A stretch of DNA of 64,000 nt from an uncultured Thermoleophilia bacterium (GCA_963702475.1 CAVPCT010000005.1:224001-288000); one strand, 5' to 3'; positions 9,392-20,191 are shown, counted from the stretch's first letter. Notes: generated by a model from the letters alone, not told the origin. Translations and numbers: made by a program.

Positions 9392-10360
9392 TCAGGACGA
9401 GGTGTCCGGGGGCTCGCCGTCCCAGTAGTCGCACAGGGCGAGCCGCCCCGTCACGCCCAGCCCGCGGAAGCGCACCTTGCCGCTGCGCGGGTAGAACGTC
9501 ATCTCGTCGCTGCGCCGCTGACCATAGGCGAGCAGTGTCATGCCGAGGGCGTTCGCCATGAAGGCGTGGGCCACCCCGCTCCCCGCCGGACGCACGAGCA
9601 CGTCACCCCTCTTGATCACGTGGATGCGCAGCTGCGGCGGCACCTGGTCGCAGTCGTAGGCAAGGACCGTGCCGTCGCCCTCCAGGACCACGAAGATCTC
9701 CTCCTCGGCGGCGTGCACGTGCGGCGGGCAGTTGAGCCGGTTGTGGGTGATGACGACGTGGTTGAGGCCGGTGAGGCGCGAGCCGGCCGCCAGACCCAGT
9801 GAGCGCTGCCGCCGTTCCGTGTCCCCCTGCGAGATGAGGACCTCCTCAACATCCTCGACCGCGACCACGTTGGCAGGCCGCGGGCCCGGGTCGGGCACGT
9901 CCAGATCGCCGGCGGCCAGTTCGCGGGCCCACGGGTGCGGATCCTCACCGACCCGCACCCAGCTTCTCCCGAGCCACGCGACCCCGGTGCGCGGCAGCCG
10001 CGCGGTGGCGGGGTTCTCCCTCGTGCCGAACGCCAGTACCTCCAGACCCTGCGCACCGGCGATGAGCGTGTGCTCCTTGCCGCCGGCCACGTGGGCGATG
10101 CAGTCCCCGGGGCGGATGTCGCACGTGGCCCCGCCCTGCCAGAGAAGACCCCACCCGTCGACGACGTAGAAGATCTCCTCCTCGGCGTCGTGTGCGTGCA
10201 CGGGCGTCGAGCGGCACTCCGGCTCGATGCTGATGCGCTTGAGGCCGGTCTGCACGCTGCCGCCGGCCTTGCCGAGATCCGTCCAGGTGGCCTTGAGCGG
10301 GCCCATCTCCACGACGCGTCCCGCCACGTCCTCGCCGTGCACCAATCCGCTGAGCGGCAC
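9392..10360 (-). CDS. Bicupin domain protein
   Basis: Two HxHxxEEEIF cupin motifs; GTG at 10360 after GGAGG. Confidence 0.8.
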   Translation of the reverse strand: MPLSGLVHGEDVAGRVVEMGPLKATWTDLGKAGGSVQTGLKRISIEPECRSTPVHAHDAEEEIFYVVDGWGLLWQGGATCDIRPGDCIAHVAGGKEHTLIAGAQGLEVLAFGTRENPATARLPRTGVAWLGRSWVRVGEDPHPWARELAAGDLDVPDPGPRPANVVAVEDVEEVLISQGDTERRQRSLGLAAGSRLTGLNHVVITHNRLNCPPHVHAAEEEIFVVLEGDGTVLAYDCDQVPPQLRIHVIKRGDVLVRPAGSGVAHAFMANALGMTLLAYGQRRSDEMTFYPRSGKVRFRGLGVTGRLALCDYWDGEPPDTSS

Positions 10361-10554
10361 CTCGTCCTCCCTCGTCGACACCCGCCGCGGCTCGTTCCGC
10401 AGCGCCGGCCGGAGGTCCACCGACCGGGTCCCGAGTGTAGCAGAGCGGCCCTTCGGGTCCGGGACAGGAGCCGGCAGCGATCACGCGGCGAGGGCGGCGG
10501 CGCTGCGCGCCGCCGCCCTCGCCGCCAAGTACGGTGCCCGCCGGCCGACGGACG

Positions 10555-11859
10555 TCAGGCCGGTGGCGCGGGGGCAGCCGGGGGCTCTGGCGCCGGCGGC
10601 GGCGCCGCGGCCGGCTCGGCCGGCGCTTCTTCCGCGACCTGGGTCGCGGCCTCGCCCGGCCCTGCCGCGGCCTCGATGACCGCTTCGGAGGCCGCATCAC
10701 CCGGCACGGCAGGCGGCGGCACGGCAGCCCCGGCCGCCTCCGTCACACCTGTGACCTCGGCGGCCGCCGCGGCCTCAGGGGCCGCCTCAGCGACCACGGG
10801 CACCACCGGCGGCTGTGCGGCGGGAGGCGGCGGCGCCTCCGCGACGGCCGGCGGAGCCGGGGGCGGAGGCACGGCTGCCTGCGCGCCGGCCGCCGTCGCC
10901 GAGGGCGGCGGCGCCAGCGGAGCGACGAGCGGAGCCACGAGCGGCGGCGGAGGCACGGGTTGCCCGGGCTGGCCGAACTGGCCGGGCTGGCCGAACTGCC
11001 CGGGCTGGCCGAGCTGCCCGGGCGGCGGCGGGGTGAACGGGCCGGGGACGGCCGGAGCGGCGGCGTTGGTCACGTCCAGGACCACAGCCTCCCCGCCGGC
11101 ATTGAGATACATGGTGCTCACGTAGCAGATGGCGAAGGGGAACGCCAGGATCTCGAAGACGAACATGAGGATGGTGCCGAACGTCGACGACTCCCGGCTG
11201 ATGAGCGAGATGATGAGCCCGATGACGAAGAACGCGACCCCCAGCACGATGATGATCCCGAAGGTCTGCCACCAGCCCGTGCGCTTCACCATCCTGCTGC
11301 TGGCACGGGCCGCGTCGGCGAACGAGACCTCGCGGTCGGCGATCAGCGGCAGCACGTAGATCCAGGTCGTCCCCAGCCACGCGAGGAACACCGGCACCGC
11401 GATCCAGCCCACGATGGGGATCAGGAAGACCAGCCCGCAGGCGATGCCGATACCGGCCATCACGAGCCAGAAGACCAGGAACGAGCCGAACTTGTGGAAC
11501 CCGCTGAACAGGTCACCGAAGTTGACGCCACGCTCGTCGCGCGCGGCCCCGATGACCATCTCGAACATGCCGCCGTAGAAGACGGTAGCTATCACCGACA
11601 CGATGAGGTAGCCGATGAGCGCGAGGATGCCGGCGAACACCAGGGACCCGATGCCGACGCCCGTCAGCCCCGAGGAGTCGTTGACTGAGCCGGCGGCGAT
11701 GCCGCCGATGCTGACCGCCGCGACCCCGGCCACGATGACCACGACCACGACGGCGATGACCCCCACGATGAGCCCGACGACGAGCCCCGCGAGGATCAGC
11801 CACCCCACATCCCGGCGCCACAACTCCCATGCTTTGGCGAACACCTCGCCGATGGTCAT
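10555..11859 (-). CDS. Multi-TM membrane protein with Pro/Ala-rich tail (paralog 3)
   Basis: MTIGEVFAKAWELW start, ~5 TM, GQPGQF repeats. Confidence 0.75.
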   Translation of the reverse strand: MTIGEVFAKAWELWRRDVGWLILAGLVVGLIVGVIAVVVVVIVAGVAAVSIGGIAAGSVNDSSGLTGVGIGSLVFAGILALIGYLIVSVIATVFYGGMFEMVIGAARDERGVNFGDLFSGFHKFGSFLVFWLVMAGIGIACGLVFLIPIVGWIAVPVFLAWLGTTWIYVLPLIADREVSFADAARASSRMVKRTGWWQTFGIIIVLGVAFFVIGLIISLISRESSTFGTILMFVFEILAFPFAICYVSTMYLNAGGEAVVLDVTNAAAPAVPGPFTPPPPGQLGQPGQFGQPGQFGQPGQPVPPPPLVAPLVAPLAPPPSATAAGAQAAVPPPPAPPAVAEAPPPPAAQPPVVPVVAEAAPEAAAAAEVTGVTEAAGAAVPPPAVPGDAASEAVIEAAAGPGEAATQVAEEAPAEPAAAPPPAPEPPAAPAPPA

Positions 11860-12041
11860 ATCGCCTCCCCATTCTTCTCGGTGTGCGAGCCGCGCGCGAC
11901 CGCAGGCCATCGGGCACACGCTACTATCGGATACGTCCGCCTGTCACGTGTTCCTTCTGCCGAGGCGACGTCCGGCCAGACGACAGCCTGCGCGCTCCCG
12001 CCGCCGCGTACGCCCGCGGTGCGCCGGCCACGCCCGGCCGA

Positions 12042-13241
12042 CTACGCCAGGCGCGGCGGCTCAGGCGGCGCGGGCGCTTCGGGCGGCGTGGGCGCCCCGT
12101 CGGGCGCCAAGCCCGGATCCGATGCCGCGCCGGGCGCGGGCGCCGGTTGCTCGGCCGCCGGGGGCCCGGACGCGTCCGCAGGCGGCACAGCCGTGGGCGG
12201 TGGAGCCGGCGAGTACGCCGGCGGAGCCGCCCCAGGCGGCGCCGCCCCTGATGCCGGCGCCTGAACGGGTGGCTGCGACGGAGGTTCCGGCGGCTGCCAC
12301 GCCGTCCCGCCGGCCGGCGGCTGCCATACCGCCCTGGCCGCCGGCGGCGCCGGCGGCATCGGCGCCGCCGCCGCCGGCACATACGGCGCCGCCTGGTGCG
12401 AGTATGCCGGCGCGCCGCCCAGCGCCCCCGGCGCGACGTAGCCGGTCACGACGTCGATCAGCTCACCCTCGCCGCGCGCCTGGAAGTACATCGCCACGAC
12501 GTACGTGAGCACGAACGGGTAGAGCACGATGGTGGCCACAGCGCCGACGAACGGGATGAACCCGAGTACCGTGCTCACGGCCCCGACCGTCAGGCTGAGA
12601 ACGAAGTACGCCAGCAGCGTCCACCACCAGCGGCGACGCACGAGCCCCGTGCTCTGCGACATCGCCTCGCCGACACCCGCACCTTTGTCGACGATCACCG
12701 GGAACACGTACAACCACCTGACGAAGAGGTAGACGTAGAAGACAATGGCCGCAACCAGGAACAGGACGCCGACGCCGACCACGACCGCCGTCTCCGTCAC
12801 CCCGCCGGCCACGATCACGGCGGTCGGGACCAGCACGAGGGCGCCGTAGATGACGCCGAGGAGCACGGCGGCCCCGACCACGCGCCCGAAGATGCGGAAC
12901 CCGTTGAACGCGTCCCCGTAGGCCATCGGTCGCCCCTGACGGACGCGCAACAGCACGCCCTCGAGGAGGCCGGCGAACAGCGGCACGGTGAGGAGGAGCG
13001 CGACGACCGCGATGACCACCGAGCCCACGACCCACACGACGATGCTGGAGGAGTCCACCGACGTGATCTCGCCCTGCGCGTTGGTGGAGATTCCGCCCAG
13101 GCTCGCGCCGATGGTCACGGCGATCACGACGGTCATGGCGACGGCCGGGACGATGCAGGCGATGAGCATGCCGACGATGAGGGGGCCGACATCTTTCGTG
13201 AACAGGCCCCAGCCGTCCCTGAAGAGCTTGCCGATGTCCAT
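12042..13241 (-). CDS. Multi-TM membrane protein with Pro-rich tail (paralog 2)
   Basis: MDIGKLFRDGWGLF start; YVVAMYFQARG end of core. Confidence 0.8.
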   Translation of the reverse strand: MDIGKLFRDGWGLFTKDVGPLIVGMLIACIVPAVAMTVVIAVTIGASLGGISTNAQGEITSVDSSSIVVWVVGSVVIAVVALLLTVPLFAGLLEGVLLRVRQGRPMAYGDAFNGFRIFGRVVGAAVLLGVIYGALVLVPTAVIVAGGVTETAVVVGVGVLFLVAAIVFYVYLFVRWLYVFPVIVDKGAGVGEAMSQSTGLVRRRWWWTLLAYFVLSLTVGAVSTVLGFIPFVGAVATIVLYPFVLTYVVAMYFQARGEGELIDVVTGYVAPGALGGAPAYSHQAAPYVPAAAAPMPPAPPAARAVWQPPAGGTAWQPPEPPSQPPVQAPASGAAPPGAAPPAYSPAPPPTAVPPADASGPPAAEQPAPAPGAASDPGLAPDGAPTPPEAPAPPEPPRLA

Positions 13242-13289
13242 TCCCCTCCTCCTCTCAGCGACGCCCGGCCGGCGGAGCCGGCCGGGCCC

Positions 13290-14012
13290 TCAGCCCCGCC
13301 TGCGGCGCGCCAGCACCTGGTCGATGAGCGCCCCCTGCCCCTGCGCCTGGAAGTACATGCTGACCACGTACGCCACGGTGAAGGGCGCGGCGACCAGGCC
13401 GATGATGAACCCGATCACGGGGATCACGCTGAGCAAGCCGACGACGACGCCGACGACGATGACCCCCACCAGCCACGTGACGAATGTCGTCAGGTAGCCG
13501 AGGCGTTTCGCCATGTCCTTGCTCTCCGACATGGCCTCCCCCACGCCGATGCGGCGGTCACCGATCAGCGGCAGCGAGAAGACCCAGAGGGTCACGAAGA
13601 TGAGACCGGGGACGACGAACAGCAGGAAGCCGATACCGATGATCACTCCGAGCACGACGGCCGCGACGGCGAACGCGCCGATCTGGTCAAAGCTCTGCAT
13701 GTCCGCGTACTCGGCCGGACGGCCGTCGCGTACGCGCCGCAGCATCATGTGAAAGGTCACCGCGTACATCCAGGAGTACGCAAGGACGGTGGCCACGCCG
13801 ACCACCAGCGTGAACGCCATGGCGGAGCCGAAGCCGGCGCCCGGCAGGCCGAGGGTGATGCCGCCCAGGCCGGCCCAGCCGTCGAGGGAGACGCCGACGA
13901 TGGAGCGCACCACCCCGACGATGACCGCGGCGATCAGGGCGGTCACCGCCAGCGGCCCCCAGTCCAGCCGAAAGAGCCCCCACGCGTGAGAGAAGCACTT
14001 GCCGATATCCAT
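13290..14012 (-). CDS. Multi-TM membrane protein (paralog 1)
   Basis: MDIGKCFSHAWGLF start; YVVSMYFQAQG end of core. Confidence 0.8.
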   Translation of the reverse strand: MDIGKCFSHAWGLFRLDWGPLAVTALIAAVIVGVVRSIVGVSLDGWAGLGGITLGLPGAGFGSAMAFTLVVGVATVLAYSWMYAVTFHMMLRRVRDGRPAEYADMQSFDQIGAFAVAAVVLGVIIGIGFLLFVVPGLIFVTLWVFSLPLIGDRRIGVGEAMSESKDMAKRLGYLTTFVTWLVGVIVVGVVVGLLSVIPVIGFIIGLVAAPFTVAYVVSMYFQAQGQGALIDQVLARRRRG

Positions 14013-14103
14013 GCCCCGTCCCTCCGTCCGCCTACGCTCCCGCCTCTCGCGGGAACGGCGGCGGGTGTCGCTCGCCCGGGCCCCCTGCTACCCTTGGGGC
14101 ATC

Positions 14104-15077
14104 ATGAGCGAGTGTACCCGCGGGGACTTCCTTCGACTAGCAGCGGCGGCGGCCATCGGCACGGCGGCGGCGGCCGCGGCGGCCTGCGCGGCGGCGCCTC
14201 TGGGCCCGCCCAGCCGCCGCCCGACTCAGGCCGGCTCTCGGCGTCGCCCGGCGCCGCCGCAGCGGCCGGCAGACCGCGCCTGGCGGTGGCCCGCGGCGCC
14301 GACCCCGCCGCCATCACCGCCGCCGCTGTGGCCGCCCTCGGCGGCATCGAGCAGTTCGTGCGACGTGGGGCCGACGTGGTGATCAAGCCCAACCTCTGCA
14401 CCGGCTACCACGGCCCGGAGTACGCTGCCACCACCAATCCGGACGTCGTCGGCCAGCTCGTGGGGCTGTGCCGCGCGGCCGGCGCGAAGCGCGTGCGCGT
14501 CATGGACTCTCCCTTCGGCAGCACGGCCGAGGAGGCGTACACCGTGAGCGGCGTGCAGGCCGCGGTCGAGAAGGCCGGCGGCACCATGGAGCTCATGGCG
14601 CCGGCCCGCTTCCGCAACTTCAGCATCCCCGACGGGCGCGACATCACCGAGTGGCCCATCTACGAGGACGTGCTCTCCTGCGACGTGCTCATCAACGTGC
14701 CCATCGTCAAGGACCACGGCCTCACGCGCCTCACGCTCGGCGGCAAGAACCTGCTCGGCGTCGTCCTCTCGCCCGGCGACCTGCACGGCAGCATCGGCCA
14801 GCGCACCGCCGACCTCATGAGCGTATGCCGGCCCACGCTCACCGTGATCGACGCCTACCGCGTGCTCACCGCCAACGGACCCACCGGCGGCGATCTCAAC
14901 GATGTCGAGAAGCTCGAGACGGTCGTCGCGAGCGCCGACATGGTGACCGCCGACGCGTTCGCGGCCACCCTGATGGGCCTCACCGGGGCGGACATCCCCT
15001 ACGTCACGGCCGCCGCAGCCATGGGCCTCGGCGAGCTCGACCTCGAGAAGGTCGACGTCCATACCGAGCGCATCTGA
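14104..15077 (+). CDS. DUF362 protein with Tat-like lipoprotein signal, frameshifted near 14188
   Basis: TRGDFL...AAC leader in one frame; VVIKPN, TTNP, KDHGLTRLTLGGKN in the next. Confidence 0.75.
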
Positions 15078-15220
15078 GTCCCGCCGGGCCACAGCGCGCG
15101 CCCTGAGCTCACCGCGTGGGGTCTCCTCCCCGCCTCATCTCCCCTCTTCACCCCATGGACCACGTCCGGTGACTAGGGCACAAGAAGGGTAGACGCGCGT
15201 CGCGACACGAGGGGGAAGCC

Positions 15221-15766
15221 GTGGACCCGCTGGAGATCCTCAGACAGGAGCACAGGTTGGCCCTCCGGGTGGTGCGTTCGGCGCGGGACATCGTCGCCGA
15301 CAGCGCCGCGGGAGGATCGCTCGACATGGACCGGCTGGGCGAGGTCCTTGACTTCCTGCGGTATTTCGCCAACGCGTGCCACGAGCCCAAAGAGGAGGAT
15401 CTGCTCTTCACCGCCCTGCACCGCCACGGCATGGAGTGGGACAGGCCGCCCCTTCGCGACCTCCTGCGGCAGCACGAGGAACTGCGCCTCGCCCTGGACT
15501 CGGCGAGCGACTGGTCCAGGCTCGTGGACCAGGGCGTCTCCGGCGCCGTCGAGCCGCTGCTGCACGACCTGCGGCTCTCGCTCGACGTCCTCGAGGGCAA
15601 CATCGCCCTCGAAGAACAGACGCTCTTCCCGCTCGCCGGTGAACGTCTGCACCAGCGCGACCTCGACGACCTCTCGACAGCCTTCGCGGCCATCGCGTGT
15701 GACGAGGAGAACGAAGGCGTCCACGCCTACTATGCCGGGGTGGCGCGGGACCTCGCCGGCGCCTGA
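15221..15766 (+). CDS. Hemerythrin-like (HHE) domain protein
   Basis: LRQEH, CHEPKEEDLLF, QHEELR, EEQTLF. Confidence 0.8.
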   Translation: MDPLEILRQEHRLALRVVRSARDIVADSAAGGSLDMDRLGEVLDFLRYFANACHEPKEEDLLFTALHRHGMEWDRPPLRDLLRQHEELRLALDSASDWSRLVDQGVSGAVEPLLHDLRLSLDVLEGNIALEEQTLFPLAGERLHQRDLDDLSTAFAAIACDEENEGVHAYYAGVARDLAGA

Positions 15767-15777
15767 TCCCGGCGCCG

Positions 15778-16800
15778 TCACGACCTCGGCCAGCGCGGCG
15801 GCTCCGCGATCAGCGACCAGCCCACAGGGTCCTCCGCCCGGCGCACCTCCGCCCAGTCCCGCTGCGTCAGCACGCGCTCGGCGACCGGTACGAGCACCTC
15901 CTCCTCGCAGGCCGACAGCTCCCGCATGCGGGCATGCAGAGTGCGGCCGCGGTCGAGTACCGACGGGGGGTCGTCCGCCGCGAGGGCCAGCCGCACCAGC
16001 CTGAGGCCGTCGAGCACGTCGTCCTGGCGGTCCCTCACCAGCCGGGCGGCGTCGCCGGCGCCGTTCCGCGCGAGGGTCGGAAGCCACGCCTCGCGCTCGC
16101 GCGTCACACGCGTCTCCACGCCGGCGAGCCTGTCCACGAGGCGGGCGACCAGCGGGCGCACCGCACGCCAGCGCCCGCGCGACGGCGATCCGCCGAGACG
16201 CTCGAGCTCGTCGCTGAGAGCCGCGGCGAGCACCTCGACCTGCGCGCCCTCACGACCGAGCGACTCGATCGGATGCCCCTCAGGCAGGGCGTCGAGCACG
16301 GCTCCGGGGCCGTGTGGCTCACGGAGGACCAGCTCGCCGACGGTCGCCGCCGCAGGGCCAGCCTTGAACGCCGCGGCCAGCGCCTCCATCTCGCCCGCAT
16401 CGTGCCCGGCGGTGAGCGCGTCGAGCCGGGCCGCGAGGTCCAGCAGGGAGCCTCCCCGCTCCAGCTCGGCGGTTATGTCGCGCAGCTCGCCGAGCCGCGG
16501 ATCGGTCGCGCTCACGTCCCGCGGGTCGTCCACCGTGCGCGGGGCACGCCCGGTGCGGCGCCGCACCTCCGTGGCAAGGTCGCGCACGAGCCTCCGCCAG
16601 GACACGTTCATCTCGAGGGCCACGTCGCCGAGCGTGGCGATCCGCGCCCACGAGACGCGGCCCCTGGCGTCCTGCAGACGCCCGAAGGCCGCGTCGTAGG
16701 ACGGCAGGAACTCGACCAGGTCCGGGAAGGCGCTCACTAGGGCGTACACCGTGGTGCGCGGTCCGAGGACGATGGTGGTGGTCTCATCGCGGCTGCTCAT
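15778..16800 (-). CDS. DUF1858/DUF438-like protein with degenerate hemerythrin region
   Basis: N-terminal TTVYALVSAFP...ATL, GHPIESL, EEEVLVP...W motifs. Confidence 0.55.
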   Translation of the reverse strand: MSSRDETTTIVLGPRTTVYALVSAFPDLVEFLPSYDAAFGRLQDARGRVSWARIATLGDVALEMNVSWRRLVRDLATEVRRRTGRAPRTVDDPRDVSATDPRLGELRDITAELERGGSLLDLAARLDALTAGHDAGEMEALAAAFKAGPAAATVGELVLREPHGPGAVLDALPEGHPIESLGREGAQVEVLAAALSDELERLGGSPSRGRWRAVRPLVARLVDRLAGVETRVTREREAWLPTLARNGAGDAARLVRDRQDDVLDGLRLVRLALAADDPPSVLDRGRTLHARMRELSACEEEVLVPVAERVLTQRDWAEVRRAEDPVGWSLIAEPPRWPRS

Positions 16801-16944
16801 CTGCTCACCTCGCCCCCTGCAACACCTGCGCCTAGCCTACCAGCCACGGCCGCGAAGGCGGCGACGGGCGCACGGACTGGCGACGGAGTGCCTGCCGGTG
16901 GTATCCTGCCGCTCCCGCCCCACCCCGTCCTCGCGGGCGCCTCC

Positions 16945-18930
16945 ATGAGCATCGTCACCTTCAACAACGTTGAGAAGTCCTTCGGTGGACAGCGCCTGTT
17001 CACCACCGTCACCTTCGCCGTCGACGGACACGACCACGCCGTGCTCGTCGGCCGCAACGGTACCGGCAAGACGACGCTGCTCCGACTCATCTCCGGCGAC
17101 GAGCACGCCGACGGCGGAGCGATAGCCCGAGCCCGCGGCCGCAGGGTGTGGCTCCACGGCCAGACACCGGAGCTGGAGGCGGACCGCCCTGTGCGCGACT
17201 ACCTCCTGGAGGCGTTCGGCGACGCCGTGCAGCTGGAGGCGGACCTGCGCGCGACAGAGGAGAAGCTCTCCGCGCTCGCGGAGCACAGCCCCGGCCTGCG
17301 CGACACGATGAAGGCCTATCAGCAGCTGCAACGCCGCTTCGAGGCGGCTGGAGGCTACGGCTTCAGGGCCCGGCTCACCGGCGTGGTCGAGGGCCTCGGA
17401 CTGCCCGAGGACATGCTCGACCGCGGCCTGCTGTCGCTGTCGGGCGGCGAGCTCACGCGCGTGACCCTCGCGCGGGCGCTCCTCGCCGACGCCGACCTCC
17501 TGCTGTTGGACGAACCCACCAACCACCTGGACATCGACTCCGTCGAGTGGCTCGAGGGCTTTCTCGCGGAATACCCGCGCGCCTTCGTACTGGTCACGCA
17601 CGACCGCCGTCTGCTGGAGAAGGTGGGCAGGCGCGTGCTGGCCGTGGAGCACGAACACGTGGAAGCCCAGGCGGGGGACTTCGCCACCTACCTCAAGGAG
17701 AGCGAGGCGCGGCTCGACCTCATGCGCCGCGAGTACGAACAGGACATCGAGAAGATCGCCCAGCTGCAGCGGTTCTACGACCGCTTCCACGCCAAGAAAG
17801 ACAAGGCCAAGCAGGCCAAGGCGAAGCTCACGCAGATCGAGCGGATCAGGCGCGACCTCAAGGAGCCGCCGCGACAGGCCAAGAGCTTCAAGCTGGGCCT
17901 TCCGCAGCCGCAGCCTTCCGCGCGCGTCGTCCTCGAGATGAAGACGCCCGCCCTCACCGTGGGCTCGGCAGACGAGCCGGGAGGCGTGCACACGCTGGTC
18001 CGCGATATCGAAGTCGTGCTGGAACGCGGTGAGAAGGTCGCCCTGCTCGGCGCCAACGGCTCCGGAAAGACCACGCTGGTCGAGACGGTGGCCGGCCTCC
18101 GTAACCTCGCCTCCGGAGCCGCCCACCTCGGCCACAACACGCGGGTCGCCTACTACTCGCAGCAGGGCCGCGAGCTGGACGAGGAGGCCACGTGCCTGCA
18201 GACCGTCCTGCCGCTGGCCGGGCAGGACGAGGAACAGGCACGCAAGCTGCTCGGTCGTTTCCAGTTCGGCGCCGACGAGGTCGAGAAGCGCGTGGAGATG
18301 CTGTCGGGCGGCGAGCGCAGCCGCCTCCGCCTGCTGGCGCTACTGGTCGGCGACGCCAATCTCCTGCTCCTCGACGAACCCACCAACCACCTCGACATGG
18401 GCTCGGTCGAGGCGCTGGCCGACGCCCTCGACGACTACACCGGCACCATCCTGCTGGTCACCCACGACCGCCACCTGATCGACCGGGTCGCGTCGCGCGT
18501 CCTCGAGATCCACGATGGCCGCCTGATGAACCACCTCTCGGCGACGCGCTACTGGGAGGCCAGAGCCGCGCGCCTCGGCGAGGACGCCGCCGCCGGCGCC
18601 GTCGCGGCAACAGCCTCAGGTGCCGGCTCCCGCGCCACCACGGGTGGGTCCGCCCGTCGCGCCGCCGCCCCTGCCGGCGCGGCCGGTAGCCGGCAGACGA
18701 AGGAATCGGCCGAAGAGGCCCGCCGCCGGCGCGCCCGCCTGCGCGGCGTGGAGTCGGCGATCCTGAGAGCGGAGAAACGGCTCGGCGAGATCGACGCGGA
18801 GCTCGCCGAGCCCGGGACCTACGCCGACCGGGACGCGCTCAACCGCCTGCTCGACGAGCGCGGCATCGTCGAAGGCGCGCTCGAACGTGAATACAAGGAG
18901 TGGGAGCGTCTGGTCGACGAGGTCGGGTGA
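16945..18930 (+). CDS. ABC-F family ATPase
   Basis: Two ABC cassettes (GRNGTGKT, GANGSGKT, LSGGE, LDEPTNHLD), no TM, coiled-coil C-terminus. Confidence 0.93.
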   Translation: MSIVTFNNVEKSFGGQRLFTTVTFAVDGHDHAVLVGRNGTGKTTLLRLISGDEHADGGAIARARGRRVWLHGQTPELEADRPVRDYLLEAFGDAVQLEADLRATEEKLSALAEHSPGLRDTMKAYQQLQRRFEAAGGYGFRARLTGVVEGLGLPEDMLDRGLLSLSGGELTRVTLARALLADADLLLLDEPTNHLDIDSVEWLEGFLAEYPRAFVLVTHDRRLLEKVGRRVLAVEHEHVEAQAGDFATYLKESEARLDLMRREYEQDIEKIAQLQRFYDRFHAKKDKAKQAKAKLTQIERIRRDLKEPPRQAKSFKLGLPQPQPSARVVLEMKTPALTVGSADEPGGVHTLVRDIEVVLERGEKVALLGANGSGKTTLVETVAGLRNLASGAAHLGHNTRVAYYSQQGRELDEEATCLQTVLPLAGQDEEQARKLLGRFQFGADEVEKRVEMLSGGERSRLRLLALLVGDANLLLLDEPTNHLDMGSVEALADALDDYTGTILLVTHDRHLIDRVASRVLEIHDGRLMNHLSATRYWEARAARLGEDAAAGAVAATASGAGSRATTGGSARRAAAPAGAAGSRQTKESAEEARRRRARLRGVESAILRAEKRLGEIDAELAEPGTYADRDALNRLLDERGIVEGALEREYKEWERLVDEVG

Positions 18931-19808
18931 CCTTCGGTGCCGGGCTCACGCCGATGAAGAACGGCAGCACACCGGCGCTGCACCCCGCGGTCACGCCCAA
19001 AGCCGTCGCGGCGCTCCAGGAGCGCATGCTGACCTGGTACGCCGAGAACCGCCGCGACCTCCCCTGGCGCCGCACGCGCGACCCCTACGCGATCCTCGTC
19101 AGCGAGGTGATGCTGCAGCAGACGCAGGTGCCGCGCGTGATCCCCAGGTACGAGGGCTTTCTGCGCGCCTGGCCGGCGCTCGAGGACCTGGCGGCGGCGG
19201 CCCTCGCCGACGTGCTTCACCTGTGGCGGGGACTCGGCTACAACAACAGGGCACGGCGGCTGCGCGAGTGCGCGTCGGCCGTCGTCACGGACGCCTCCGG
19301 GAGCGGACGCCGTCCCGCGGCCCTCCCCGACTCGGTAGAAGGGCTGCGCACTCTGCCCGGCATCGGCCCGTACACCGCCCGTGCGGTGCTCATCTTCGCC
19401 CACGACCGCGACCTGGCCGCCGTGGACGCCAACGTGCGTCGCGTCCTCACGAGCGAGCTCGGCCTGCCGAAGGACCTCGGCGAGAGGGACCTCCAGGCGG
19501 TGGCCGACGCGGCTCTCCCCGCGGGTCGCAGCCGGGATTGGCACAACGCGCTCATGGACTACGGGTCGCTCGTGCTGACGGCCCGGACCACCGGGATCGC
19601 CCCCCGCACCAGGCAGGGCGCCTTCCACGGGTCCCGCCGCTGGTACCGCTCGCGCCTGCTGCGGGCCCTGCTCGACGGCGGCCCGCAGCGCCTCCCCGAG
19701 CTCGCGGCGCACATCGGCCTCGACATCCAGGCCACCGCGGACATCGCCGACGCGCTGGAGGCGGACGGCCTCGTTCGGCGCGACGGCGACGTCGTCGGCA
19801 TCGCCTGA
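18927..19808 (+). CDS. mutY: A/G-specific adenine glycosylase (HhH-GPD)
   Basis: RDLPWR, VSEVMLQQT, LPGIGPYTA, VDANVRRV. Confidence 0.85.
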   Translation: MTFGAGLTPMKNGSTPALHPAVTPKAVAALQERMLTWYAENRRDLPWRRTRDPYAILVSEVMLQQTQVPRVIPRYEGFLRAWPALEDLAAAALADVLHLWRGLGYNNRARRLRECASAVVTDASGSGRRPAALPDSVEGLRTLPGIGPYTARAVLIFAHDRDLAAVDANVRRVLTSELGLPKDLGERDLQAVADAALPAGRSRDWHNALMDYGSLVLTARTTGIAPRTRQGAFHGSRRWYRSRLLRALLDGGPQRLPELAAHIGLDIQATADIADALEADGLVRRDGDVVGIA

Positions 19809-19870
19809 CGGCGCCGGGCCGGCTGTGCGCCCCCCAGGGCGCCTTTCAGGGGCTGATGCCCCGGCGCCTT

Positions 19871-20191
19871 TCAGGTCCTGAACATGGTGAGGAGGAACAC
19901 GAGCTCCTCGCGCGCCCGCACCGCGTGCTTCAGCTCGGCCGGCATGTAGTGCAGCTTGCCCGGGCCGGCCTCGTGCTCGACGCCGTCGAGCACCACCGAG
20001 CCGGCCCCGCGCAGCACGTGGATCACGGCCGGCACGCTGGCAGTGTGCTCACTCAGCTCTTGTCCGGGCGCGAGCGTGAACAGGATGATCTTGTGGTGGT
20101 CGTTCTCCACCACCGACTTGCTGACGATGCCCTGGTCGGCTAGCTGCGTCATCTGCTCCAGGTCCACGACCACCGGGTTCGATCCGTCCAT
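19871..20191 (-). CDS. Cupin domain protein
   Basis: GQELSEHT and MPAELKHAV; ATG at 20191 after GGAGG. Confidence 0.85.
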   Translation of the reverse strand: MDGSNPVVVDLEQMTQLADQGIVSKSVVENDHHKIILFTLAPGQELSEHTASVPAVIHVLRGAGSVVLDGVEHEAGPGKLHYMPAELKHAVRAREELVFLLTMFRT

